Positions 17,766 to 27,328 of a stretch of 50,613 nt of DNA are shown here, piece after piece. Below the pieces are notes generated by a model. The model saw only the letters and a list, made by a program, of their open reading frames with translations, did no database searches and was not told the DNA's origin. Numbering within the stretch: position 1 is the stretch's first letter; each line of letters opens with the position of its first letter. Origin of the DNA: Fidelibacterota bacterium UBA2125 (GTDB taxonomy: Bacteria; Fidelibacterota; Marinisomatia; Marinisomatales; S15-B10); the NCBI GenBank assembly GCA_002329125.1, contig DCXX01000150.1, forward strand, positions 1 to 50,613, written 5' to 3'. A program made the position numbers and the translations under genes.

Positions 17766-17904
17766 ATACTTCGGCTTTTTTCTTGCCGCTTTCTTGGTAA
17801 TTTCTGTAGCTATTTGTAGTTGGATTTACGTCATCTACCAACAGGAGAAAGAATTGTTGACAGAATTAAAAAGATTGAACACAAGTAAGAGTGAAGTAGA
17901 ATAG
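17755..17904 (+). CDS. ccmD: CcmD-like small membrane protein (49 aa, absent from the ORF track)
   Basis: Hand-translated MMYKYFGFFLAAFLVISVAICSWIYVIYQQEKELLTELKRLNTSKSEVE*: one TM plus a charged tail. Overlaps the ccmC stop and fills the gap to the next gene. Confidence 0.7.
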   Translation: MMYKYFGFFLAAFLVISVAICSWIYVIYQQEKELLTELKRLNTSKSEVE

Positions 17905-17909
17905 TTATT

Positions 17910-18977
17910 ATGTCTAAGAAAACAGTTCACGTTGTAGGTACAGGAACCATTGGAGAACCTCTTATTGGTCTCCTCTCCGATTACAAGGAATCGCTCGGTA
18001 TAGATGAGGTCACTTTTCACAAGAATTCACCACTCACCTATGAGCGTGCTAAAGTAAAAGACCTTATTAGACGTGGTTCCGCGCTTGCTGTTGATGAGGA
18101 GAAGGTGGAAAGTTTCAACGAGATTGGTCTAGAACCCTCTTTCACCGCTGAAGAGGCCATCAAAGGTGCTTCCGTAGTCATAGACTGTACGCCGAAAGGG
18201 ATCGGTCACCAGAATAAGCACAAGTACTACGAGAAGTTTTTAGATGATGGGAGAGGTTTTTTGGCGCAGGGGAGTGAACAAGGTTTTGGTATGAAGTATG
18301 CTCGAGGGATCAACGATACGGCTCTCGTTAACAGTGATGATCAGTTCGTTCAGATCGTATCCTGTAACACGCACAATATTGCAGCATTGACAAAATCAAT
18401 TAGCATGGTTGGCGATTCCGAAACTTTGGATGAAGGTCGGTTCGTCTGCATTCGCAGGTCCTCCGATATCAGCCAGACCGGTACTTTTGTACCGGCCCCC
18501 GAGGTGGGTGAGCACGGCTCCGAGGAGTTCGGGACCCATCACGCTCGGGATGCATACGAACTGTTTCAGACCATTGATCGGACCCCCCATCTATTTTCCT
18601 CAGCTATGAAAACCAATTCTCAGTATATGCATGTCATCTGGTTCAATTTGGAGCTCAAGGAAACTTTGACGTTGAATGATGTCATTGATAGACTGGATGC
18701 CAATCCGCTTATTGCCCTCACTGAGAAGACCAGTTCCGGCTCTGTTTTTTCCTTTGGACGTGACCATGGCCACTTTGGTAGAATTCTTAACCAGACAGTT
18801 GTTTCTGTTCCCACTCTGGCCGTACACGGTGGTAACGAGGTGGTTGGCTACTGTTTTACTCCTCAGGACGGGAACTCGCTCCTCAGTTCCATCGCTGCCG
18901 CCACATATTTTCTTTATCCTGATTCATATGAAGAGAAGATTCAGATACTGAGCCACCTCATCTTCTCTGAGGTTTAA
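17910..18977 (+). CDS. Archaeal-type (class II) glyceraldehyde-3-phosphate dehydrogenase homolog
   Basis: Rossmann VVGTGTIG, VIDCTPKGIG, QGSE, catalytic VSCNTH, IRRSSD, HHARD and MHV parallel the archaeal GAPDH motifs DCTP.G.G, QGGE, VSCNTT, RRAAD, HHGPD, MHVH. Confidence 0.75.
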   Translation: MSKKTVHVVGTGTIGEPLIGLLSDYKESLGIDEVTFHKNSPLTYERAKVKDLIRRGSALAVDEEKVESFNEIGLEPSFTAEEAIKGASVVIDCTPKGIGHQNKHKYYEKFLDDGRGFLAQGSEQGFGMKYARGINDTALVNSDDQFVQIVSCNTHNIAALTKSISMVGDSETLDEGRFVCIRRSSDISQTGTFVPAPEVGEHGSEEFGTHHARDAYELFQTIDRTPHLFSSAMKTNSQYMHVIWFNLELKETLTLNDVIDRLDANPLIALTEKTSSGSVFSFGRDHGHFGRILNQTVVSVPTLAVHGGNEVVGYCFTPQDGNSLLSSIAAATYFLYPDSYEEKIQILSHLIFSEV

Positions 18978-18997
18978 TACTACCTTTCATTATCACA

Positions 18998-19030
18998 TTT
19001 GGTCAGTCTCATTTCTGAGGCGTAACTTTT
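18998..19030 (+). promoter_or_regulatory. Putative Bacteroidetes-type -33/-7 promoter upstream of tilS
   Basis: TTTG(18998)-N21-TAACTTTT(19023). Confidence 0.45.
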
Positions 19031-19065
19031 CCTGATGAGTAAAATTCAACTGAGTAGAAAGAATA

Positions 19066-20454
19066 ATGTCTAACACAGCTGAAGAAATTGAAATCCGGTT
19101 CAGAGATGACCTGATTTCTTCTCAACTTATTGAGACGGAATCTTCAGGGCTTCTTGCAGTGTCCGGTGGTATCGATTCGGTGGTGATGGTTTATCTTTTC
19201 GCCCAGGTACGGGATAATTTCAGGCTTACTCTTGCTATTGCTCATTTCAATCACTCCCTCCGGGGTGAGGAATCGGATGCAGATGAGGATTTTGTAAAAG
19301 ATCTGGCGAAAGCGCTGGGTATGCCATTCTTTTCAGAAAAATGGGCGTCATCAGAACGGGGTAACTGGGAAGAAAGGGCCAGGGAAGCGCGGTACAGTTT
19401 CCTGAATAAAACGCGCAAACAATTAGGTTATGACTGGATCGCCACGGCCCACCATGCAGATGACCAGGCTGAGACGCTTCTTATGCGGCTTGTGGAGGGG
19501 AGTGGTTATCGTGGTTTGAGGGGGATTTCGGAGCGGAACGGGAAAGTTGTTCGGCCACTGCTAAAATTCAGTAAGGCTGAATTCACCCATTATGCCGGTG
19601 AGAACGAGATTTCCTTTCGGGAAGATTCCTCCAATCAGGATACTCGTTTCCGGAGAAACAGAATCCGGGAAAATATTTTACCACAAATCAAAAAGTTGAA
19701 CCCTCATTTTTCACAAACAGCCCAAAGAACCGCATCCAACATGGTGGAGATTGCGGAATGGGTAAAAGAACATTTGCACGACCTTTACGGGAGGGCTGTT
19801 TCAGTTTCTGACAATGGCCTTATTCAAATCGATGAAAAAGAATTAAAGAAAGTTTCCTCGTTCCTTCAGAAGGAATTGGTGAGGGAAGTAGTGAATGAAA
19901 ACGATATTCCCTGGCGCGGTCATGTTTGGAACAACCTCAACCATTTTCTTGAAAAGGCGACTGTAGGAGATATAATGTTTTTACCGGGGGATTGCAAAAT
20001 TCTTAAAGATCGTGATCGATTCCTCGTTATGAGGGAAACAGATTTGGAAGATCTCAATGCTTTTCAACTGGATACCACCACACCTGTCTCCTTAAAGGTG
20101 GGAGGCCACAATTTCACCATGGACCTAACAAAAGAGCCAACTTTTTCCTCCGATGGTGATACCGAGTTCATTGATTTTGACCAGCTTGACCATGAATCGC
20201 TTTATCTTCGCCTTTGGCAAGCGGGCGACAGGATGGTACCGCTCGGCATGAGCGGGCATAAAAAAGTGAGTGATATTCTGGTTGATGCCAAAGTGGACAG
20301 ATTTTCAAAGATGTCACAGTATGTCCTGACATCCGGCCATGAGATCGTCTGGCTCTGCGGGCTTCGGCTGAATAACAAGTTCAAGGTGACGTCTTCCACT
20401 TCCTCTGTGGCGCGATTGAACTGGAGCCACGCTGAAAGACCGGAGGCAAATTGA
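19066..20454 (+). CDS. tilS: tRNA(Ile)-lysidine synthetase
   Basis: PP-loop AVSGGIDS, HFNHSLR, ARY, TAHHADDQAET, RNRIR, TilS C-terminal domain. Confidence 0.96.
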   Translation: MSNTAEEIEIRFRDDLISSQLIETESSGLLAVSGGIDSVVMVYLFAQVRDNFRLTLAIAHFNHSLRGEESDADEDFVKDLAKALGMPFFSEKWASSERGNWEERAREARYSFLNKTRKQLGYDWIATAHHADDQAETLLMRLVEGSGYRGLRGISERNGKVVRPLLKFSKAEFTHYAGENEISFREDSSNQDTRFRRNRIRENILPQIKKLNPHFSQTAQRTASNMVEIAEWVKEHLHDLYGRAVSVSDNGLIQIDEKELKKVSSFLQKELVREVVNENDIPWRGHVWNNLNHFLEKATVGDIMFLPGDCKILKDRDRFLVMRETDLEDLNAFQLDTTTPVSLKVGGHNFTMDLTKEPTFSSDGDTEFIDFDQLDHESLYLRLWQAGDRMVPLGMSGHKKVSDILVDAKVDRFSKMSQYVLTSGHEIVWLCGLRLNNKFKVTSSTSSVARLNWSHAERPEAN

Positions 20455-20972
20455 AAGAGTTTCTGTCAGAGCAAGTCATACGTGATCGTGTCCGTGAGAT
20501 GGCTGCAGAGATATCAAAGGATTACAGTGATCACGCACCCATTTTTGTAGGTATCCTAAACGGTAGTTTCATCTTTATGGCTGATCTTCTGCGTGAATTG
20601 ACAGTGGATTCTGAAGTTGATTTTTTGAAAGTTTCCAGTTACGATGGCACCGAGTCCTCCGGTACCGTACATCTGCTTAAAGATATCTCAGCCGAAATTA
20701 CCGGCCGGGACATTATTATTGTGGAAGATATTATTGACTCAGGTTTAACCATTAACTTTATTGTTCGCAGGCTGAAAGAATCTGATCCTTCGTCAGTGGC
20801 TGTGGCAACTTTGCTTTTCAAAAAAGAGGTTGCCCAACTAAATTTTGATCCTGATTACATCGGATTTACAATCCCTCCGGATTTTGTAGTAGGATATGGC
20901 TTGGATCATAATCAAAAAATGCGGAACCTCAGGAATATTTGTGTGTTGGATCAAGAGGATATAACTGCGTGA
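20451..20972 (+). CDS. hpt: Hypoxanthine phosphoribosyltransferase
   Basis: GILNGSFIFMADL, PRPP motif IIVEDIIDSGLT, FVVGYGLD; tilS-hpt-ftsH synteny. Confidence 0.96.
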   Translation: MKEFLSEQVIRDRVREMAAEISKDYSDHAPIFVGILNGSFIFMADLLRELTVDSEVDFLKVSSYDGTESSGTVHLLKDISAEITGRDIIIVEDIIDSGLTINFIVRRLKESDPSSVAVATLLFKKEVAQLNFDPDYIGFTIPPDFVVGYGLDHNQKMRNLRNICVLDQEDITA

Positions 20973-22987
20973 CACAGAAGACCGACAAAAAAGATCATAA
21001 ATCTCCCTCTCAGAATAAACCTGGCGGCGAAGGTGAAAACAAGTTCCAGTGGAAACAGGCTGGGAAAACATCTGTTGTCTGGATTGTTGTTCTTGTTGTG
21101 GCCATTTTCCTCTCGAACCTTTTTACTGCCAAGAACCGCAATGAAGTAGAGGTTCAATATTTTCAGTATAAGGATTTCCTTACGTCAGGGGCCATCCTGG
21201 AGGCTGAAGTCATTGAAAAAGAATTCCACGGAAAGCTTAAGGAACCCCAGGAGATCTTTCGCGAAGGGCAAAAGGTTGCTGATTATACCCAGTTCGTTGT
21301 GACGCTACCCTATGTGGATGAGACAATCTTGGCTGAATGGGATCAGTTTCAGGTTAAGTACAGTTTCCGGGAGCGGAAAGTGGATTGGTTCAGCTATCTA
21401 CTCAGCATGGGGCCGTGGCTGCTTCTCATAGTATTCTGGATCTTTATCATGAGAAGGATGCAAGGAGGCATGGGCGGAGGCGGCCTCTTCAACTTCGGTA
21501 GGAGTAAAGCTCGCCTTTGGGTTGAGGATAAGCCGAAGATCAATTTTGATAAAGTGGCTGGTTGCGAAGAGGCTAAACAGGAATTAAGTGAAATAATCAC
21601 TTTTCTGAAAAGTCCTGAACAGTTTCAAAAATTAGGTGGGCGCATTCCAAAGGGTGTCCTTTTACTGGGTCCACCTGGAACAGGGAAAACGCTCCTTGCC
21701 CGCGCGGTGGCGGGAGAAGCGGGCGTTCCATTTTTCAGTCTTAGTGGTGCGGATTTTGTGGAAATGTTTGTCGGTGTCGGTGCATCCCGCGTTCGGGATC
21801 TTTTCGAACAGGGGAAAAAAAACTCCCCAGCCATAATCTTCATCGATGAGATTGATGCTGTTGGGCGTCATCGAGGTGCCGGCTTGGGCGGAGGCCACGA
21901 CGAACGCGAGCAGACCCTCAATGCCCTCTTGGTGGAAATGGACGGTTTTGAATCCACCACCAATGTGATACTCCTGGCCGCTACGAACCGGCCGGATGTA
22001 CTAGACAATGCACTATTGAGACCAGGTAGATTCGATCGGCAGGTAGTGGTGGATATTCCTGACCTCCGCGGAAGAGAAGGGATCATGAAAGTCCACTCAG
22101 AAGATATTCCTCTTGCTAAGGATGTGGATCTCCAAGTTTTGGCCAAAGGGACTCCTGGGCTGGTGGGCGCCGATCTTGCAAACCTGGTTAATGAAGCTTC
22201 TTTGCTGGCTGCCAGGGATGGAAAATCGAAAGTTTATATGGAAGACTTTGAGTCAGCTAAAGACAAAGTAATGATGGGTGTTGAGCGGAAAAGTATGATT
22301 ATCAGTGATGAAGAGAAAGAATTGACGGCCTACCACGAGTCTGGTCACGCCCTTGTAGCCAAACTTATGCCCAAGGCTGATCCAGTCTACAAAGTGTCAA
22401 TTATTCCCCGGGGGCGTTCTCTTGGTGTAACAGCACAGCTTCCCATGGACGAAAAACACAACTACTCTGAGTCTTATATTAAAACTCGGTTGAATGTTCT
22501 CCTCGGTGGTCGTGCTGCGGAAAAACTTGTATTCAACGAACTGACTACGGGTGGCGGAAATGACATAGAAGTAGCCACAGCAATGGCTCGTAAAATGGTG
22601 TGCGAGTGGGGGATGAGTGATCTTGTGGGCCCCTTAACATTTGGAAAGAAAGATGAAGAAATCTTTTTGGGGAGAGAAATTGCGACCAAACGTGATTACA
22701 GCGAAAGCACCGCAATAAAAATAGATGAGGAGGTGAATCGAATTATTCGTGAGGCTGAAAAGGAAGCAATGAAACTGCTGAAAGATAACGAGAACAAGCT
22801 TCATCGCGTGGCCAAGGAATTATTAAAGTATGAAACTATTGACGAGAATGATCTTGAAAAAATTATGGCAGGTAAACGCCTGAGACGCCGCCGCTCAAAA
22901 TCTGCCAATGGCGCCAAAGATGGTAAAGCTAAAGAATCGGCCTCTAAAACTTCTGAAGAAAAAAAAGTGACGGAAAAGTCTGCCTGA
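20969..22987 (+). CDS. ftsH: ATP-dependent zinc metalloprotease FtsH
   Basis: Two TMs, [18 protein letters not shown] region [28 protein letters not shown] 20969 overlaps the hpt stop. Confidence 0.97.
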   Translation: MTQKTDKKDHKSPSQNKPGGEGENKFQWKQAGKTSVVWIVVLVVAIFLSNLFTAKNRNEVEVQYFQYKDFLTSGAILEAEVIEKEFHGKLKEPQEIFREGQKVADYTQFVVTLPYVDETILAEWDQFQVKYSFRERKVDWFSYLLSMGPWLLLIVFWIFIMRRMQGGMGGGGLFNFGRSKARLWVEDKPKINFDKVAGCEEAKQELSEIITFLKSPEQFQKLGGRIPKGVLLLGPPGTGKTLLARAVAGEAGVPFFSLSGADFVEMFVGVGASRVRDLFEQGKKNSPAIIFIDEIDAVGRHRGAGLGGGHDEREQTLNALLVEMDGFESTTNVILLAATNRPDVLDNALLRPGRFDRQVVVDIPDLRGREGIMKVHSEDIPLAKDVDLQVLAKGTPGLVGADLANLVNEASLLAARDGKSKVYMEDFESAKDKVMMGVERKSMIISDEEKELTAYHESGHALVAKLMPKADPVYKVSIIPRGRSLGVTAQLPMDEKHNYSESYIKTRLNVLLGGRAAEKLVFNELTTGGGNDIEVATAMARKMVCEWGMSDLVGPLTFGKKDEEIFLGREIATKRDYSESTAIKIDEEVNRIIREAEKEAMKLLKDNENKLHRVAKELLKYETIDENDLEKIMAGKRLRRRRSKSANGAKDGKAKESASKTSEEKKVTEKSA

Positions 22988-23022
22988 GAACTAACCTTCC
23001 CACATCTCCACTCAAAAATGGA

Positions 23023-23874
23023 GTGGAATCAAATACCAGACAAATGATGGACCAGTTGATGCTTGAGGAGCGGACGCTCCTTATGGGGATCTTGAACGTG
23101 ACGTCTGATTCTTTCTCTGATGGTGGTCTGTACCTCAGCAAAAATGCAGCGGTGGACCGTGCTCTTCAAATGGTCCATGAAGGAGCAGACATCATTGATA
23201 TTGGCGGTGAATCGACCCGGCCGGGTGCTGAACCGGTTAGTGAGGAAGAGGAGCTGAGTCGTGTATTACCCGTGGTTGAAGCCCTGGTATCAGGGGTAAA
23301 TGTCCCCATTTCGATCGACACGTATAAATCAACTGTGGCAAACCTGTGTCTTGAGGCAGGTGCAACTATCGTTAATGACATTTCTGCTTTACGTTTTGAT
23401 GACGCCATGACGGAACTTGTTGCAAATTATAGTGCTTATGTTGTACTGATGCATATGAAAGGTACGCCCCGGAATATGCAGGATGCGCCTGATTACAGTG
23501 ATGTTGTGGGCGAGGTAGAGGTATTCTTTGAAGAGAGGATCACCGCTGCCAAATCCGGTGGTATAGCTAGAGAACGTATCATACTCGATCCTGGCATAGG
23601 TTTCGGAAAGACTCCTGTTCACAACTTTACCATTTTGAGTGATTTGGAGCGAATTTCGGGTCTCGGATTTCCTCTTTTGGTCGGACCGTCAAGGAAATCC
23701 TTTATAGGAATAACTCTGGACCTTCCGAAAAACGAGAGAGTAGAGGGTACCGCTGCATCCGTTACTGCCGCCGTACTGAACGGCGCAAAGATTGTCCGTG
23801 TTCATGATGTGAAAGAAATGAAGCGCGTAATAACCATCACCGATTCAATTTCTGCCGTTAGGGGTGAGGCATGA
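23023..23874 (+). CDS. folP: Dihydropteroate synthase
   Basis: MGILNVTSDSFSDGG, GGESTRPG, SIDT, DPGIGFGK, SRKSF, RVHDV. Confidence 0.96.
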   Translation: MESNTRQMMDQLMLEERTLLMGILNVTSDSFSDGGLYLSKNAAVDRALQMVHEGADIIDIGGESTRPGAEPVSEEEELSRVLPVVEALVSGVNVPISIDTYKSTVANLCLEAGATIVNDISALRFDDAMTELVANYSAYVVLMHMKGTPRNMQDAPDYSDVVGEVEVFFEERITAAKSGGIARERIILDPGIGFGKTPVHNFTILSDLERISGLGFPLLVGPSRKSFIGITLDLPKNERVEGTAASVTAAVLNGAKIVRVHDVKEMKRVITITDSISAVRGEA

Positions 23875-24644
23875 CGCTCTTCAAAGTTGGCTTTTTCACC
23901 ATTACTGTGCTTGATATTATCGATATCCTGCTGGTGACATGGCTGTTCATCAAACTGTACAACTATTTCCGCGGTACCCGTGCCGGTCAAATGTTGATAG
24001 GGCTCATCATAATTCTTCTCTCCTCTTTCATCTTTCGTGCAATCGGCATGAGTGGTATGACATGGATCGTGAATCAGGTCCAGACGGTTTGGGTGGTGGC
24101 ATTTGTCATACTTTTTCAGCCGGAGTTGCGGCGACTATTGATTTACGTCGGTACAACACGGTTTTTTCAGCGACTATTTCGCGTGGGAAGCTCCACCACT
24201 ATCGATTCAGTAGTTGATGCCACCACAAAATTGCAGGAAAAGGGCTGGGGAGCCATCATTGTTCTTCAGAGGGATACTGGGCTCAAAAACATTAAAGAAG
24301 CAGGTACCCATGTCAAAGCTGAAATCAGTTCACCTCTACTGGTATCAATTTTCAATCCTGGATCTCCTTTGCACGATGGCGCTGTTATTATTCAGAACAA
24401 TATTATCGAAGCAGCACAGTGTATTTTACCCTTGACGGAAAGTGAGATGATCGATCCGGAAATGGGGACGCGCCACAGGGCAGCACTTGGTATTAGTGAA
24501 GAGACAGATGTTATCGCCATTGTGGTATCCGAAGAAAAAAAGCAGGTTTCGGTGGCTGTCAATGGTGTTTTTCAATTGAATCTAGATGAACTTTCTTTAA
24601 AGGGCTTTCTGAATGAAAACCTCTTCCTAAGTTCAGGCGAGTGA
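23871..24644 (+). CDS. cdaA: Diadenylate cyclase CdaA/DacA
   Basis: Three N-terminal TMs, FQPELRR, catalytic LHDGA and GTRHRAA motifs, VSEE. Confidence 0.94.
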   Translation: MTLFKVGFFTITVLDIIDILLVTWLFIKLYNYFRGTRAGQMLIGLIIILLSSFIFRAIGMSGMTWIVNQVQTVWVVAFVILFQPELRRLLIYVGTTRFFQRLFRVGSSTTIDSVVDATTKLQEKGWGAIIVLQRDTGLKNIKEAGTHVKAEISSPLLVSIFNPGSPLHDGAVIIQNNIIEAAQCILPLTESEMIDPEMGTRHRAALGISEETDVIAIVVSEEKKQVSVAVNGVFQLNLDELSLKGFLNENLFLSSGE

Positions 24645-24675
24645 TTGAGATTCCATCAGGGCTTCAGTAATTTCA
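24644..24675 (+). promoter_or_regulatory. Putative -33/-7 promoter upstream of prfB
   Basis: ATTG(24644)-N20-TAATTTCA(24668). Confidence 0.4.
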
Positions 24676-24693
24676 CACCTGATTATTGGCGAT

Positions 24694-25825
24694 ATGGATC
24701 CTTCTGAACTCAAAGATAAATTTCAAACCCTCCATAAAAGATTTAACAATCTTCGGGGGTATCTTTGACTTGACCTCTTTGGAGGACAAGCTCTCCCAAC
24801 TTAGAGCCCAAACAGTCGCCGGAGATTTTTGGGACAACACCTCTTCCGCACAGACTATTCTCAAGAAGATATCCATGATAGAAAAAGAGCTGGAACTGTG
24901 GAATGGTGCTCAAAGAAAAAAGGACGACTGTGAAGTGCTTCTTACTTTCTTGGAAGAAGAAGAAGATTCTGCTTCTCGAAGTGAGTTTCAATCAGAATTG
25001 GATGAACTCCAGAAGACTGTTGATGACCTGGAGTTGCGGCTTATTCTCAGCGGGACGGAAGATGCAAACGACGCCATACTCACCATTCATCCCGGTGCTG
25101 GTGGGACGGAATCCCAGGATTGGGCTGAAATGTTGTATAGAATGTATGTTCGGTGGATTGAAAGGAAAGGGTTCTCTTACTCAATCATCGATTTCCAACC
25201 TGGAGATGAAGCGGGCATTAAAGATGTTACGCTGGAAGTGGAGGGAGAGTATGCCTACGGACTGTTGAAAGCGGAGGTGGGTGTTCACAGACTTGTGCGG
25301 ATATCCCCTTTCGATGCATCGAACCGTCGACATACGTCATTTGCTTCTATTTTTGTCTACCCCTCCATAGATGAGGAGATTGAGGTGGAGGTGAAGCCTG
25401 ATGAACTCCGGATTGATACCTATCGCGCCAGCGGTGCCGGCGGACAGCATGTGAATAAGACTGATTCAGCCGTCAGAATTACCCATATTCCCACGAAAAT
25501 TGTGGTGCAATGTCAGAATGAGCGGTCCCAGCATAAAAACAAAGCCACAGCTATGAAGATTCTGAAGGCAAAGCTCTATCAGAAATATGTGGAAGAACAG
25601 GCTGAGTCCATTAAGGAACTTGAGAGTCAGAAAACAGACATCGGATGGGGTAGCCAGATAAGGTCTTACGTTTTTCATCCCTATATTATGGTAAAAGATC
25701 ACAGAACAAAGCTTGAAGTGGGGGATGGTAAAAGGGTTATGGACGGTGATCTTGACGAATTAATAAAGACTTATCTCCTCATGGTTGCAACAGATAGAAC
25801 AAAAGTCAAAATGGCCGAGAGCTAA
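24694..25825 (+). CDS. prfB: Peptide chain release factor 2, translated via +1 programmed frameshift
   Basis: ATG 24694 opens MDPSELKDKFQTLHKRFNNLRGYL, ending CTT TGA C at 24763-24769. The +1 frame continues DLTSLEDK... and contains SPF and GGQ. Confidence 0.96.
24755..24769 (+). promoter_or_regulatory. prfB +1 frameshift site (internal SD-like GGGGG + CTT TGA C)
   Basis: gggggtatctttgac matches the canonical RF2 shift cassette. Confidence 0.95.
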
Positions 25826-25826
25826 C

Positions 25827-27326
25827 GTGGCTACAGATAAAGAACAGAGTTTAAAGCAAATTATGGACTTCCGGTTGGAGAAACTGGAGAAACTCCGGGA
25901 ACTGGGTGTAAATCCATACCCTTACAGCTTCGATGCGTCTCACCATTCAAAAGAAATTCTGGCCGACTTTGATAAACTGGCTGATAAACCGGTCTCTGTG
26001 GCTGGTAGAATTGTATCGCTGAGAAAGATGGGCAAGGCTTCTTTTTTCCATGTTCAGGATATGAAAGGTAAAATCCAAATCTATATTAAACGGGATGAAG
26101 TGGACGAAGATAACTATGAGATTTTTAAGGTGCTTGATATAGGGGACATCGTCGGTGTTTCAGGTCAGGTATTTAAAACAAAGACTGAAGAAGTAACTGT
26201 TAACTGTGGAAAACTGGAGTTACTGTCAAAAAGTATTCGTCCCCTTCCTGGTGCAAAGGAAAAGGACGGAGAGGTATACCACGCTTTCAAGGATAAGGAA
26301 CAACGATATCGGCACCGGTATCTTGATCTTATTGTGAATCCTGAAGTGAAGGACGATTTCATCAAGCGAGCAAAGATCATAACATCAGCAAGGAATTTTC
26401 TTGATAAGGCCGGTTTTATTGAAGTGGAGACGCCTGTACTTCAACCGCTTTACGGCGGCGCTTCAGCCCGCCCATTTTCAACACGACATCACACACTTGA
26501 TCAGACATTATATCTTCGCATTGCAGATGAGCTTTACCTGAAACGTCTGATTGCCGGTGGCTTTGACGGTGTATATGAAATTTCGAAAGTGTTCCGGAAT
26601 GAAGGTATGGACCGAAACCACAATCCTGAATTCACCATGCTTGAATTTTACAAAGCTTACGTTGATTACAATTTTCTCACAGATTTTGTTGAATCTCTTA
26701 TCCGGGCAGCTGCCGAGGCGATTAATGTGAGCACTATAAATGTGTCTGGCCAGAGCGTCGATCTCAGCAAGCCATTCCTTCGGGCCGGATATATGGATCT
26801 CTTGAAGGATGCTGTCGGTGAAGATCTGACTGATGCCACGGAAAAGGATCTGTCGGCAATTTGCAAGAAACGGAAAATTCCCCTTGAGAATAATGCTCAT
26901 CTTGGTCGGATGTATGAAGTCCTTATGAGGGAGCTGGTAGAACCCAACTTGATCAAACCAATCTTTGTTACTGACTATCCTAAGGTGATATCACCACTTG
27001 CAAAAATTCGGCGTGATGGTAATGAATCAATCGTAGAGCGATTTGAACTGTTTGTAGGTGGAGGCGAACTTGCCAACGCTTTTAGTGAACTGAATGATCC
27101 TTTGGATCAGCGTCGCCGTTTCGAGGCTCAGGTTCAACTTAGAGAACGTGGCGATGAGGAAGCACAAACCCTAGATGAGGACTATCTACAATCCGTTGAA
27201 ATTGGAATGCCTCCCACAGGGGGTGTCGGTTTGGGTATTGACCGACTCTCTATGCTTCTGATTGGGAAGACAAATATTAAGGATGTTATTTTCTTTCCGG
27301 CCATGCGTCCGCAAGACGATGAATAA
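25827..27326 (+). CDS. lysS: Lysine--tRNA ligase (class II)
   Basis: OB-fold, RYRHRYLDL, YLRIADELYLKRL, FRNEG, HNPEF, GMPPTGGVGLGIDRL. GTG 25827 preferred as start. Confidence 0.97.
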   Translation: MATDKEQSLKQIMDFRLEKLEKLRELGVNPYPYSFDASHHSKEILADFDKLADKPVSVAGRIVSLRKMGKASFFHVQDMKGKIQIYIKRDEVDEDNYEIFKVLDIGDIVGVSGQVFKTKTEEVTVNCGKLELLSKSIRPLPGAKEKDGEVYHAFKDKEQRYRHRYLDLIVNPEVKDDFIKRAKIITSARNFLDKAGFIEVETPVLQPLYGGASARPFSTRHHTLDQTLYLRIADELYLKRLIAGGFDGVYEISKVFRNEGMDRNHNPEFTMLEFYKAYVDYNFLTDFVESLIRAAAEAINVSTINVSGQSVDLSKPFLRAGYMDLLKDAVGEDLTDATEKDLSAICKKRKIPLENNAHLGRMYEVLMRELVEPNLIKPIFVTDYPKVISPLAKIRRDGNESIVERFELFVGGGELANAFSELNDPLDQRRRFEAQVQLRERGDEEAQTLDEDYLQSVEIGMPPTGGVGLGIDRLSMLLIGKTNIKDVIFFPAMRPQDDE

Positions 27327-27328
27327 AG

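Noticed and set aside
24686-24765. ORF-track N-terminus of prfB, or prfB as a frameshifted pseudogene
   Set aside because: Explained by the canonical programmed +1 frameshift from ATG 24694.
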